Part shown: positions 33,601 through 45,496 of the stretch, one piece after another
Layout: each line of letters opens with the position of its first letter
How positions within the stretch are numbered: the stretch's first letter is position 1
Source of the DNA: Thraustochytrium aureum
Lineage: Eukaryota
Reading direction: 5' to 3'
DNA: 64,000 nucleotides
Assembly (NCBI GenBank): GCA_012862495.1
Contig: BLSG01000216.1
Location: forward strand, 295,649 to 359,648
The notes under the pieces: generated by a model
Seen by the model: only the letters and a program-made list of their open reading frames with translations
Told to the model about the DNA's origin: nothing
Database searches by the model: none
Position numbers and translations under genes: made by a program

Positions 33601-36600
33601 ATCAACATCCTCGAGTCGAGCTTGGAGACCCTGCTGCGCGGCTCAGGGGCCATGAACGAGCCCTCCGTGCGCGAAGCCCAGGACGTCGAGGTGGAGACAA
33701 ACGTCCTCTTCTCCTTGGTCTGGTCGCTCGGCGCCTCGATCGATGGCGCCGGTAGAGCCAAGTTTAGCGCGTTCCTTCGCGCCGTGCTTGGAGACGAAGA
33801 GGGCGTGTACATCGAGAAAGAGTGGCCCGAGATTTGGATCGGTCTCTTGGCGCGCAACTGGACCCTGCCGTGCTTTGACCTCGATGTTCCTCAGCCAGGG
33901 GAGAACGAGCTCAACGCGGCGGCAGAGGAGGAGGCCAGAGAAGGCGAAGAAGACGGCGACGGAGAGGCCAAAGCGGCCGAGCCCCCAGCCGCGTCAGAGC
34001 CCAGCAGCGTAAATCTCGCGAAGCGGCACGTCTTTCGCTTGCCGATTCCAGACAAGGGCCTCGTGTACGACTACTGCTACGTCGCCGCTGACGAACGCTG
34101 GAAGACGTGGGTCGAGATGCTCGGCGGAGACCTCAAGATCCCCTCGGACGCCGAGTACAGCGCGATCGTTGTCCCGACTGAGAATACCTCTCAATTCTCG
34201 CACCTGCTAAAGCTCTTGTTCACGCACGAGAAGCCGACGCTAGTGGTGGGCCCCACGGGAACCGGAAAGAGCACGTACGTGGTAGACTGCCTGCTGAACC
34301 TGCTCGACCGCGAAAAGTACATGACCATCATGACCGCCTTTTCCGCCAACACTGGCGCAGCTCAATTGCAGGACATCGTGGACGGGCGCATGGACAGGAG
34401 GCGCAAGGGCGTGTTCGGGCCATCGCTCGGAAAAAAGTACATGCTCTTCGTGGACGACCTCAACATGCCCGTCGTGGAGGAGTATGGCGCGCAGCCGCCG
34501 ATCGAGCTCCTTCGCCAGTTTGTCGACAACGGGGGCTGGTACGACCTGAAAGAGAAGACTTTCCGCAACATCATCGACACACTGCTCGTGGCGGCAATGG
34601 GACCACCTGGCGGCGGGCGCAACTTTATTACGCCCCGCATGATGCGGCACTTCAACATGCTCACGTTCGCCGAGTTTTCTGACGAGACCTTGTCGCGCAT
34701 CTTTAATACGCTGACCTCGTGGCACTTTGGCAAACCTGGCTTTGACGAGTCTGTGCGCGGCCTGTGCGGAGGCATCGTGGCGGCCACGCTCGAGGCCTAC
34801 AGCAAGGCCAAGGAGGAGTTGCTGCCAACGCCGGCAAAGTCCCACTATACATTCAACTTGCGCGACTTTTCGCGCGTGATCCANNNNNNNNNNNNNNNNN
34901 NNNNNNNNNNNNNNNNNNNNNNNNNNNNNNNNNNNNNNNNNNNNNNNNNNNNNNNNNNNNNNNNNNNNNNNNNNNNNNNNNNNNNNNNNNNNNNNNNNNN
35001 NNNNNNNNNNNNNNNNNNNNNNNNNNNNNNNNNNNNNNNNNNNNNNNNNNNNNNNTTCTCGGACCGCTTGATCGACGATACGGACCGGACTTGGTTCCTT
35101 GGCTACCTGAAGACGCTCCCGCCCAAGCACTTTAACGCCGAGTTCAACTCGGTGTTCAAGCACCTGGCTGGCTGCGGCGCGCCGGCGGGTTCCGCGGCTG
35201 CGGAGGAAGGCGAGGTCTCGCTCGACGACGTGCGCAGCCTCTTCTTTGGCGACTACATGATCGCCGGAGCGGATCCGCGTCTCTACGAGGAGATCAAAGA
35301 CCAGTCGGCCCTGAGCGAGGCGCTCGAGGGCTACCTGGACGAGTACAACGCGGTGAGCAAGACGCCGATGCACCTGGTCTTGTTCCTTTTCGCGATCGAG
35401 CACGTCTCGCGCATTAGCCGGGTGATGTCCATGCCCGGCGGGAACGCTCTGCTTGTTGGCGTGGGCGGCTCTGGCCGCCAGTCGCTCACGCGGCTCGCTG
35501 GGTTCATGGCCGACTTTGAGGTCATCCAGATCGAGATCTCGAAGAACTACAACAAAACCGAGTGGCACGAGGACCTCAAGCGCGTGCTTCGCGGGGCCGC
35601 GCTCAACCCGCGTGACGTTGTCTTCCTGTTTAGCGACACCCAGATCAAGGAGCCGAGCTTTGTGGAGGACATTAACAACCTGCTCAACTCGGGAGAGATT
35701 CCCAACCTCTTTCCGGGCGACGAAAAGGCGGAATGCCTGGAAAATGTGCGGCCGTACGCCAAGCAGGTGTATGGCAAGAAGGCGGCGGACATGAACGCCA
35801 TGGAGCTTTGGCAGTTCTTTGTCAAGCGCGTCCGAACCAAGCTGCACGTTGTGCTGGCATTTAGTCCCATCGGCGGCGAGTTCCGCGATAGGCTCCGCAA
35901 GTACCCGAGTCTGATCAACTGCTGCGTGATTGACTGGTTCAGCGCCTGGCCAGCTGACGCTTTGGTGGCCGTGGCCGAGCGCTTCCTCGCCGACCTCCCG
36001 ATCGACGACTCGCCGGACGCCACGCGCGCGGACATCATGCGCGAGATCGTGTTTAGCTGCCAATTCTTCCACACCTCGGTGCAGGACCTGACGCTAAAGT
36101 TCCGGCAATCCATGAGGCGGATCAACTACGTGACGCCGACCTCGTACCTCGAGCTGATTCTGGCCTACAAGGCCTCGCTGTCTGCGTGCCGGGAGCGCGT
36201 GCTGTCGGCCAAGGGGCGGATACGAGAACGGCCTGGAAAAGCTCGCCTTCGCCGCAACCAGCGTGGCCGACATGCAAAAGCAGCTCACCGACCTGCAGCC
36301 TGTGCTAGCGCAGAGCCAGAAAGACACGGACGCGCTCATGGTCCAAATCGAGCAAAAACTGCCTGGCGTGGAGGCCACGAAAGAGTCGGTCGGCAAGGAC
36401 GCCGCGGTTGCGCAGGCCGAGGCCGACCGCGTCGGAGCCATCAAAAAGGAGTGCGAGGACGACCTCGCCGTGGCGATGCCGATCCTGCAGGACGCCATCG
36501 AGGCCCTCGACACGCTCAAGCCTGCCGACATTAACGAGGTGAAGAACTTTAAGACACCGCCGGCTGGTGTGGTGCTGACCATGGAGGCGGTCTGTGTGAT

Positions 36601-39600
36601 GCTCAACATCAAGTGCGCCAAGGGCAAGGACCCGAACGACCCCACGAAAAAGGTGGACGACTGGTGGACGCCCGGGAAAAAGTTGCTCGCCGACCCCAAA
36701 TTCTTGACGATGCTCAAGGAATACGACCGGGACGACATCAACCCCAAGTTCATGGCTGTGATCCGCAAAAAATTCGTGGCCAACCCCGACTTTGAGCCCG
36801 AAATCGTCAAAAAGGCATCCCTGGCCGCTTGCGGGATGTGCAAGTGGGTTCGCGCCATGGAGTCGTACGACCGCGTGGCCAAGGTGGTCGCGCCCAAGAA
36901 GGAGGCCCTCGCTGGGGCCGAGTCTGAGCTCGCCGTGACGATGGGCGAGCTCAAGCTCAAGCAGGACGCCTTGCAGGCCGTCGAAGACGAGCTCGCGGCG
37001 CTGCAAGCCGACTTTCAGGCCGCGACCGACAAGAAGAAGAGCCTAGAAGACGAGGTCGAGCTGTGCGGCAAGAAATTGGAGCGAGCCAAGACGCTCATCG
37101 ACGGCCTGGGGGGCGAGAAGTCGCGCTGGACGGACTCTGCAGCGCGCCTCGCGGAGCGGTGCGCGTTGCTGACCGGTGACGTCCTGATCAGCGCCGGGAC
37201 GATTGCGTACCTTGGTCCGTTCACTGCGGCGATGCGTGACGGGCAAACGGCTTCGTGGGTCAAGACGCTCCGAGAGCGCAAGATCCCGACCTCGGAAGGG
37301 GCGAGCTTGTTTGCGACGCTGGGGGACCCGGTCCTAACGCGCCAGTGGCACGTGAACGGGCTTCCCACGGACGGGTTTTCTGTGGACAACGGCATCATCG
37401 TGTTCAACTCGCGCCGCTGGCCGCTTCTGATCGACCCGCAGGGCCAGGCGAACAAGTGGATCCGCAACATGGAAAAGGAGCGAGGGCTCCACGTGATCAA
37501 GTTTAGCGACAGCAACTACCTGCGGACCGTAGAGAACGCGGTGCAATTTGGGCAGCCCGTGCTTTTGGAGAACGTGGGCGAGACGCTGGATGCCGCGCTA
37601 GAGCCACTCTTGCTCAAGCAGACCTTCAAACAGGGCGGCGTCGAGTGCCTGCGTCTCGGCGACAGCACGGTCGAGTACAGCCCAGAGTTTCGGTTCTACA
37701 TCACCACCAAGCTGCCCAACCCGCACTATCTACCCGACGTGGCCGTCAAAGTCACCCTTCTCAACTTTATGATCACCCCAGACGGGCTCGAGGACCAGCT
37801 GCTAGGCCTAGTTGTGCTCGAGGAGCGCCCCGACCTCGCCGAAGAGAAGGCGCGGCTTATCGTTGAGGGCGCGGAGAACTCGCGCAAGCTCAAGGAGCTG
37901 GAAGACAACATTCTCCACATCTTGTCGAGTAGCTCGGGCAACATTCTCGAGGACGAGTCGGCAATCAACGCGCTAAACTCGAGCAAAGTGCTGTCCAACG
38001 AGATCGCCGAGAAGCAGGAGATCGCCGAAAAGACCGAGAAGGACATTGACGCAGTGCGCGCCGGATACCGGCCAATCGCATTCCACGGGCAGCTGCTGTA
38101 TTTCTGCATCGCAGACCTGGCCAGCATCGAGCCAGTATACCAGTACTCGCTGGTGTGGTACAGCAACCTGTTTCAGTCGGGGATCCGGAACAGCGAAAAG
38201 TCGGAGAAGCTGGACGAGCGCCTTGCCAACTTGCGCGACTACGTGACCTACTCGCTGTACTGCAACGTCTGCCGCAGTCTGCTCGAGAAGGACAAGCTCC
38301 TGTTCGCGTTCCTGCTGACGATAAAGATCATGTCCGGCGCAGGCCAGCTCGACGAGCAGGAGTGGTACTTTCTGCTCACAGGAGGCGTCGCGATGGAAAA
38401 CCCGCATGCCAACCCGCCCCTGACTGGCTCGCCGAGAAGCAGTGGGGCGAAGTGTGCCGGCTCAGCGACCTGCCGGCCTTCAAAGGATTGCGCGAGACGT
38501 TTGCGGAGGACGCCCAGGTCTGGAAGGCGCTCTACGACACGAACAACGCGCACAGGGCGCCGCTCCCTGCTCGCTGGGAGGGCGACAAGCTGACCCGCTT
38601 CCAGCGCATGCTCGTTCTTCGCTGCCTGCGGCCCGACCGCGTCACGCTCGCGGTGCAGGACTTTGTGATCAAGTCGATGGGCGAGAGGTTTGTCAAGCCA
38701 CCGCCTTTCGACCTCGGGGCATGCTATGCTGACTCCAACGCGCTGAGTCCTCTGGTATTCATCCTCTCCCCGGGCTCGGACCCGATGGCCTCCCTGCTCA
38801 AGTTTGCCGACTCTGTCAAACAGCAGGTGTCGAGCATCTCGCTGGGGCAAGGGCAGGGCCCGATCGCAGAGCGCATGATCGCCAAAGCGCAGGATGAAGG
38901 AACTTGGGTGGTTTTGCAGAACTGCCACTTGGCCGTGAGCTGGATGACCTCGTTCGAGCGCATCGTCGAGCACATCACGGGGGAGACTGCCAAGCCAGAG
39001 TTTCGACTGTGGTGCACCACGTACCCGAGCAAGGATTTTCCTGTGTCGGTGTTGCAGAACGGCGTCAAGATGACCAACGAGCCGCCCAAGGGGTTTCGCG
39101 CCAACCTGATTGGGTCATACTCGCAAGATCCCATTGCGGACCCGGAGTTTTTTGAGTGCGCCGTGGCCCCGGACAAGGAGCGCGCGTTCAAGAGCCTGCT
39201 GTTTGGCCTGTGCATCTTCCACTCCCTCGTGCAGGAGCGGCGCATGTTTGGCCCGCTCGGGTGGAACATCGCCTACGAGTTTAACGAGTCGGACTTGCGT
39301 ATCTCGATCAAGCAGCTGGCCTTTTTCGTGGACCAGTTCGACGACGTCCCCTTCAAAGCGCTTCAGTACTGCACCGGCGAGTGCAACTATGGCGGCCGCG
39401 TCACCGACGACAAGGACCGCCGCTGCATCATGGTGGTGCTTGCGCGCTGCTATGCGCCCGAGATCCTGCAGCCCGGCTTTGCCATCTCTCCATCCGGAAG
39501 CTACGTGGTGCCGGATTGCCTCTCGCAAGGCGATTTTATCGAGCACATCGAGCAGTTTCCGCTCGTGGGCGAACCCGAGCTGTTCGGGATGCACGAGAAC

Positions 39601-40542
39601 GCGACGATCACCAAGGACAGAAAGGAGACCGCCGACCTCTTCGCGAGCATCCTTCTCACTCAGGGCGAGACCACCTCGGGCGGCGCCAAGTCGCCGGACG
39701 AGGTCATGGATGAAGTCGCTGCCGACATTCTTGCCAAGCTCCCTGGCGCCTTCAACCTTGAGCTCGCGCAGGTGCGCTATCCTGTACGCTGGGAGGAGTC
39801 GCTCAACACGGTGCTTCAGCAGGAGCTGGTTCGCTTCAACGCGCTGACTTGTGTGATCGGCCCGTCGCTCAGAGACTTGCGCAAGGCCATCCGCGGCACG
39901 GTGGTCATGTCCGCCGAGCTGGAGAAGGTGGGCAACGCCATGTTCTTTGGCCAAGTCCCGGGTTTGTGGTACGCAAAGTCCTACCCGAGTCTCAAGCCGC
40001 TGGGCGGGTACGTCGCCGACCTCTTGCGTCGACTTGAGTCGCTCGGGCGTTGGCTCGAGAACGAACCGCCGCCGGTGTTTTGGCTTTCGGGGTTCTTCTT
40101 CACGCACGCGTTCCTCACGGGCATCCTGCAAAACTATGCGCGCAAGGAGAAGCTCCCCGTCGATTCGCTCGAACTGGACCACGAGATGATGCCCAAGGAG
40201 CGCTACTCTGTGGGCCCTGCGTCCACAAACGGGGCGTACATCGATGGGCTCTTTTTTGACGGTGCGCGTTGGGACCGTCCCACGGAGGAGCTCGCTGACC
40301 CGCTGCCCAAGCAGCTGTTCAGCGTGGCGCCAATCATGTGGTTCCGTCCTGTCGAGACCGAGAAGAAGGTGGAGCGACCGAACTACCTGTGCCCACTGTA
40401 CAAGACGAGCGAGCGCCGCGGCATCCTAGCCACGACGGGGCACTCGAGCAATTTCATCGGTTCGATAAGCATTCCGAGCACCATGCCGCAGGCCTTTTGG
40501 ATCGAGCGCGGTGTTGCTCTGCTCACGCAGCTCGACGACTAG
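27685..40542 (+). CDS. Axonemal inner-arm dynein heavy chain (single-headed DNAH3/7/12 class); frameshifts at ~29254, ~33288, ~36220, ~38415; one N gap
   Basis: WLYLEPIF, FPRFFFLSNDELLEILS, AAA1 GPAGTGKTETTKDL, AAA2 [32 protein letters not shown], AAA3 GPTGTGKS, AAA4 GVGGSGRQS, stalk/MTBD, RWPLLIDPQGQA, C-terminal TTGHSSNF..WIERGVALLTQLDD. Confidence 0.98.
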
Positions 40543-41276
40543 ATACAAAGATTTGCACTCGGCGCGTTCCGCGAGAGCTCGATTGATGCAGATTCCTCGT
40601 GCTCGAGTGCATACTGCGGTGGAGTACTCGCCAGTGCAGCATGACTGACGAGCAGAGGAGCACAATGAAACCCCCTGTATTATCCAAACCATGATCTACT
40701 AAGTACTTCATACAGGTAGGGGTAGAGTACCACTGCGTTACTACGATTCCTGCGCNNNNNNNNNNNNNNNNNNNNNNNNNNNNNNNNNNNNNNNNNNNNN
40801 NNNNNNNNNNNNNNNNNNNNNNNNNNNNNNNNNNNNNNNNNNNNNNNNNNNNNNNNNNNNNNNNNNNNNNNNNNNNNNNNNNNNNNNNNNNNNNNNNNNN
40901 NNNNNNNNNNNNNNNNNNNNNNNNNNNNNNNNNNNNNNNNNNNNNNNNNNNNNNNNNNNNNNNNNNNNNNNNNNNNNNNNNNNNNNNNNNNACTGCAGCC
41001 CGGCGCGCAGCCCAGAGCCACCTGCATAGCAGCATCCTTCGGCTCATGCTGACCTCATGATCTGCGAACACGAAAACAGCTCGTGAAAAAACGTCTCCGA
41101 GACAGTTCGTCTGTCCGAGGCAGGCGAGAGCGGCCACTCGGCAGCCGCGCGACCCGCTTCTGCTGCTGGTGCTGGTGCTGGTGCTGCTGCTGCTGCCATT
41201 GTTGTCGTCGTTGCTGCTGCTGCTGCTTTGTCTTGTTGCTGCTGCTTCGGCTATTGTGGTTGCCGAAGGACTGAGG

Positions 41277-43116
41277 ATGTCGGAGCAGCCCGGGCTGCGA
41301 AGGCGCCCCGCTGGGCAGCAAGACCGAGCCGACGAGCGCGATGCCTGGTCAAAGGTCGCCGGTGAGACCGGAGGGAGAGCCGTGCGCGAGACGGCGGACT
41401 CTGTGAGCTCGACTTCGTCGGATTTTGTCCCGGACGTCAGGGCGGTGACGGAGGAGAACCCGTTCGAGTACGACGCACCCGTGAGCTGGTACGAGCTGTT
41501 CAAGATGGTGCTTATGACGGTCAGCTTGGTGGCGCCGTTGCGGCTACTGGTCTTTGTAGGGTTAGTATTTCTGGCCTACATGTGCGCGCTTGTGGCGACC
41601 ATCGGGCTGGACCGGCACGTTGGCGTTTACGCCGCCCCCCTCCCATCGTGGCGGCGGGCGGCGCTGGCGCCCATCTCGCCGATCTGCCGGGCCGCGCTCT
41701 TCACCCTCGGGTTTTATCACATTGATGTGCATGGCGAAGTGTCGCCCGAGGCCTGCATCCTGGCGCCCAACCACGTGAGCATGTTCGACCTCCTCATCAT
41801 GTACTGGCTTGTACTTCCAAGCGCGCTTTCAAAGGCCGAGACCTTTCAGGTCCCCGTGATAGGCACTGTGTTCAGGGCCCTGCAAGTGATTCCCGTCAAG
41901 CGCGACGACCCAGCTGACAAGGCCTTGGCAATGGCGACAATCCGGCGTTTCGCCGACTCGAGGGCAAACGAGACAAACCCGGACAAGCGGTTCCCGCCCA
42001 TCCTGATCTTCCCCCAAGGAACGACAACAAAGCAGACGGTGCTCACGATGTTTCAGCGCGGCGCGTTCACGCCAGGGCGGGCCGTCCAGCCCGTCGCACT
42101 CCGGTACCCGTGGAAGCACTTCGACCCAGCCTTCGTGGTGAACCGCAAGGCGGACTGGTACTTTTACCGTCATTTGTGCCAGTTTGTGATGTACGCCGAG
42201 GTGCACCTCCTGCCGCTGCACAGGCCTAGCAAGTCGGAGCTGGCCGATCCCACGTTGTTTGCCAACAACGTTCGCTCCCGCATCGCGCATGCGATCGGTG
42301 CGGTGACGACCGAGCACTGCTACGAGGACGCCAAGCTGTACCGCGCCGCTCTCAACATCGAGGAGGCGCAAGCCAAGCCCCGGAGCCTTGTGATGTCGCC
42401 CCTGGCGCGGGGCGGCGGCGCCAAGAAGATCCCTTTGCACGGTTTGCAGCTGCACGAGGTCAAAGACCTCTTTGACGTTCGGCAGGACGCGAGCCGGGAG
42501 GCGCGTTTCACGCTTGACGATGCCAAGGCCGTGCTGGAGAACTTTAGCAAAGCCGATACAAACGGCGATGGGCTCATCTCGCTCGAAGAGTTTGCCAACG
42601 CCACCGGGTACGACCCCACGGCGCCGCAGACACGGCGCCTGTTCAGGTTTTTTGACCGAGACCACTCTGGCTCCATAGACTTTCGCGAGCTCGTCATCGG
42701 TATGGCCATCTGTAACCCGTACTCGCGGAGTACGGAGGAGCGGCTGCGCTTTGCGTTCGAGGTCTACGACACCAACGACGACGGGTTTGTGAGCGAGAGC
42801 GAGCTTCGCGCCTTGCTCCGCCACTCTGGCGAGGCGAGCACGTCGCGGCACGCGAGGGCCACGCGCGAGCAGCTCGAGGCGCTGCTCAGCAAAGTGCCCG
42901 CTCCAGCGGACGGTGGCGAGAAGCTCGTGGACTGGGACACGTTCCGCGACTGCGTCCCCACGGACTCGGAGCTCGTCAGCACGGCCATCTTATCGATTGA
43001 CTCGTCGCTGCACGAGAAGCGAGAGCAGGCTGCCGGCCAAGAGCGCGCTGTCGCCCGGCCCGACGAGTCGGATGGCGCTCGAACGCAGGAGGCCGCGGCC
43101 CGGCGCGCGCGTTTTT
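41277..43116 (+). CDS. LPCAT: Lysophosphatidylcholine acyltransferase with C-terminal EF-hands (LPCAT1/2-like); 3' end in gap
   Basis: ENPF, TM helix, APNHVSMFD (HX4D), IFPQGTT, FQRGAFTPG, VQPVALRYP, FANNVR. EF loops DTNGDGLISLEE, DRDHSGSIDFRE, DTNDDGFVSESE. Confidence 0.93.
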
Positions 43117-43947
43117 NNNNNNNNNNNNNNNNNNNNNNNNNNNNNNNNNNNNNNNNNNNNNNNNNNNNNNNNNNNNNNNNNNNNNNNNNNNNNNNNNNNN
43201 NNNNNNNNNNNNNNNNNNNNNNNNNNNNNNNNNNNNNNNNNNNNNNNNNNNNNNNNNNNNNNNNNNNNNNNNNNNNNNNNNNNNNNNNNNNNNNNNNNNN
43301 NNNNNNNNNNNNNNNNNNNNNNNNNNNNNNNNNNNNNNNNNNNNNNNNNNNNNNNNNNNNNNGACGCCGCTGGGGCGAGCTCCTGACGATTCTCGCTTGT
43401 AGATCAGCCAGCACGCCGCCGCTGGAGCGCTCTCTCCGGAGAGAGCGGAGGGAGAGGGGCCGACCAGTTGGGAAGCCTGAACACCTGCGAGGGGGTGAGG
43501 TGAGAGAAGAGCGCAGAAAAGGCCCCACATTTCCGTTTCCAACGCGGCGTGGCCCCAACCTCGCAGCGAACAGCCCCGCCACAGCACGCCCGCCTCCGCT
43601 TGCAGAGCTCCTGGCCGCCCGGCGCCGCGCAAGCCGCGCGACGAGCAGCGACGGACAGCATGATTGCCGGAGCGTTTGGTAGCGCAGGGCGGCAGCCCAG
43701 CAAACAACAAACGGACGGCAAAGGCGTATCCGAACGAGTCTACGGCAGGCGACTGACGCGCGAACAGGAAGACGACCAAGAGGAGGACGAGCACCAGCGC
43801 GCCGAGGAGCAGCAGAGGCAGGGGGGTCGGGCATCGGCGACATCGAGCTCCCGCAGCGCGCCGGCGCACGCTCGCTTCGTTGCGTTTCAGGTGTAGCTCG
43901 CTGCTGCTGGAGGCGGGTGTCTCGTGGGTCCGACGACGAGCGCCACT

Positions 43948-45119
43948 ATGTCGGACGCGGAGCAGGCCTGTGGCAAGGATGAGGTGACGCCCCCCGTGGC
44001 GCCGAGCAAGGAGGGCAAGCAGGGCAAGGGGGCGACGGAGGAGGAGGAGGAGGAGATTAAGAAGCATCCGTTTTTTCACTATTATGGGCAGCTCGTCCAC
44101 CAGCAAAACATGCTCCAGGACCACGTGCGCACGGGAACGTACCAGCGGGCGATTCTGGAAAACCCAAGCAACTTTAAGGACAAGGTGGTGCTCGACTGGG
44201 CACCGGGACCGGGATCCTCGCCATCTTTGCCGCCCAGGCGGGCGCACGCAAGGTCTACGCCGTCGAGGCGAGCGAGATGGCGGGCTGCGCGCAGCGGCTG
44301 GTGGATGCCAACAACCTTGGCCACGTCGTCGAGGTGGTCAAGGGCAAGATCGAAAACGTGGACCTGCCCGAAAAAGTCGACATCGTAATTTCGGAGCCGA
44401 TGGGGTTTCTGCTTGTGCACGAGCGCATGCTCGAGTCGTACGTGATGGGTCGACAGCGCTTCCTGCGGGACGGGGCGCCCCCCAAAATGTTCCCCTCGAC
44501 GGGGACGATGTTTTTCTTGCCGTTCAGTGACTGGACGCTGCACGCGGAGCAGCTGGCCAAGTCGCAATTTTGGAAGACGCGGGACTTTTACGGTGTGGAC
44601 CTGTCGTGTCTCGAGGAGGAGGCGCTTCGGCAGCACTTTGGCCAGCCAGTGGTGGGCTCATTTGACCCGAGCATTTTAATCTCAGACCGGAGCAAGCCGG
44701 CCGAGTACACGATTGACTTTGAGACAACGACCACTGATGCCCTTGGCAAGCCTATCGAGCTAGACTTTAGCTTTGAGATCAACTCGACGACATTGCTGCA
44801 CGGCCTGGGGTGCTGGTTTGACGTCGCGTTTATCGGCAACCACAGTACGGTCATCCTGAGCACCTCGCCGGCCGAGCCCACGACGCACTGGTACCAGTGC
44901 CGCTTGATGGTCCCGAAGCCGATCGCTGTCAACGAGGGGCAGTCCGTCTCGGGCCGCTTGGTGATGACCCCCAACGATCACTACAGCTACACGATTGACT
45001 TGGAGCTCCGGTTGGACGGGACCTCGGTCAAGACGACCAACCAAATCCACCTTCACGACCAGATGTACCACTACCTTCAGGCGGGGTCGGGCGATTACGC
45101 CCAGCAGGCGTCGGGGTAG
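43948..45119 (+). CDS. CARM1: Protein arginine methyltransferase 4 (CARM1); -1 frameshift ~44196
   Basis: [27 protein letters not shown][V/L][45 protein letters not shown]. Confidence 0.95.
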
Positions 45120-45496
45120 GCGAGCCGTGCTGGAGGGACACGCGCGGCCGAGCCAGCCCCTTTGCTCGCTAGAACTGTGGGCAAATGTTGTGCGGGCGCG
45201 ATCGTTTTCGTCAAGATCAAGATCAGGTTGGAGGCAGCGCCTTACGTCTGCTTTCTAAAGCGTCAGGGCAGCGCGAAGTAGCTCACCAGCCACGCTGAGT
45301 AGAGCCAGACCGGAAGCTCAAGATTCACGCGTTCGCGCCACGCGCGCTAGTCATTTTGCAAATCAGTAGTTCTACCTGCCAGTGCCCTGTTGACAGAGGT
45401 AACCAACCAGCTCATGGTCCGTCCAGCGCCTTGGCTCGTGCACTACTGCCAGGGACGACGCAACCGCGGCCAAAGCCCTCGGGGACGCGGCTGCGC

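Noticed and set aside
17840..40182. Long antisense or overlapping ORFs (e.g. 17840-19216 +, 34240-36072 -, 39115-40182 -)
   Set aside because: Shadow ORFs expected from high GC3 coding DNA, with no recognisable motifs.
27685..40542. Calling the frameshifted genes (dynein, POR, CARM1, GluRS) pseudogenes
   Set aside because: Catalytic motifs are intact, I saw no nonsense substitutions, and several genes are essential.
41158..41246. Signal peptide on LPCAT from the poly-Leu ORF extension
   Set aside because: It derives from a (CTG/GTG)n microsatellite with no upstream ATG. The likely start is ATG 41277.
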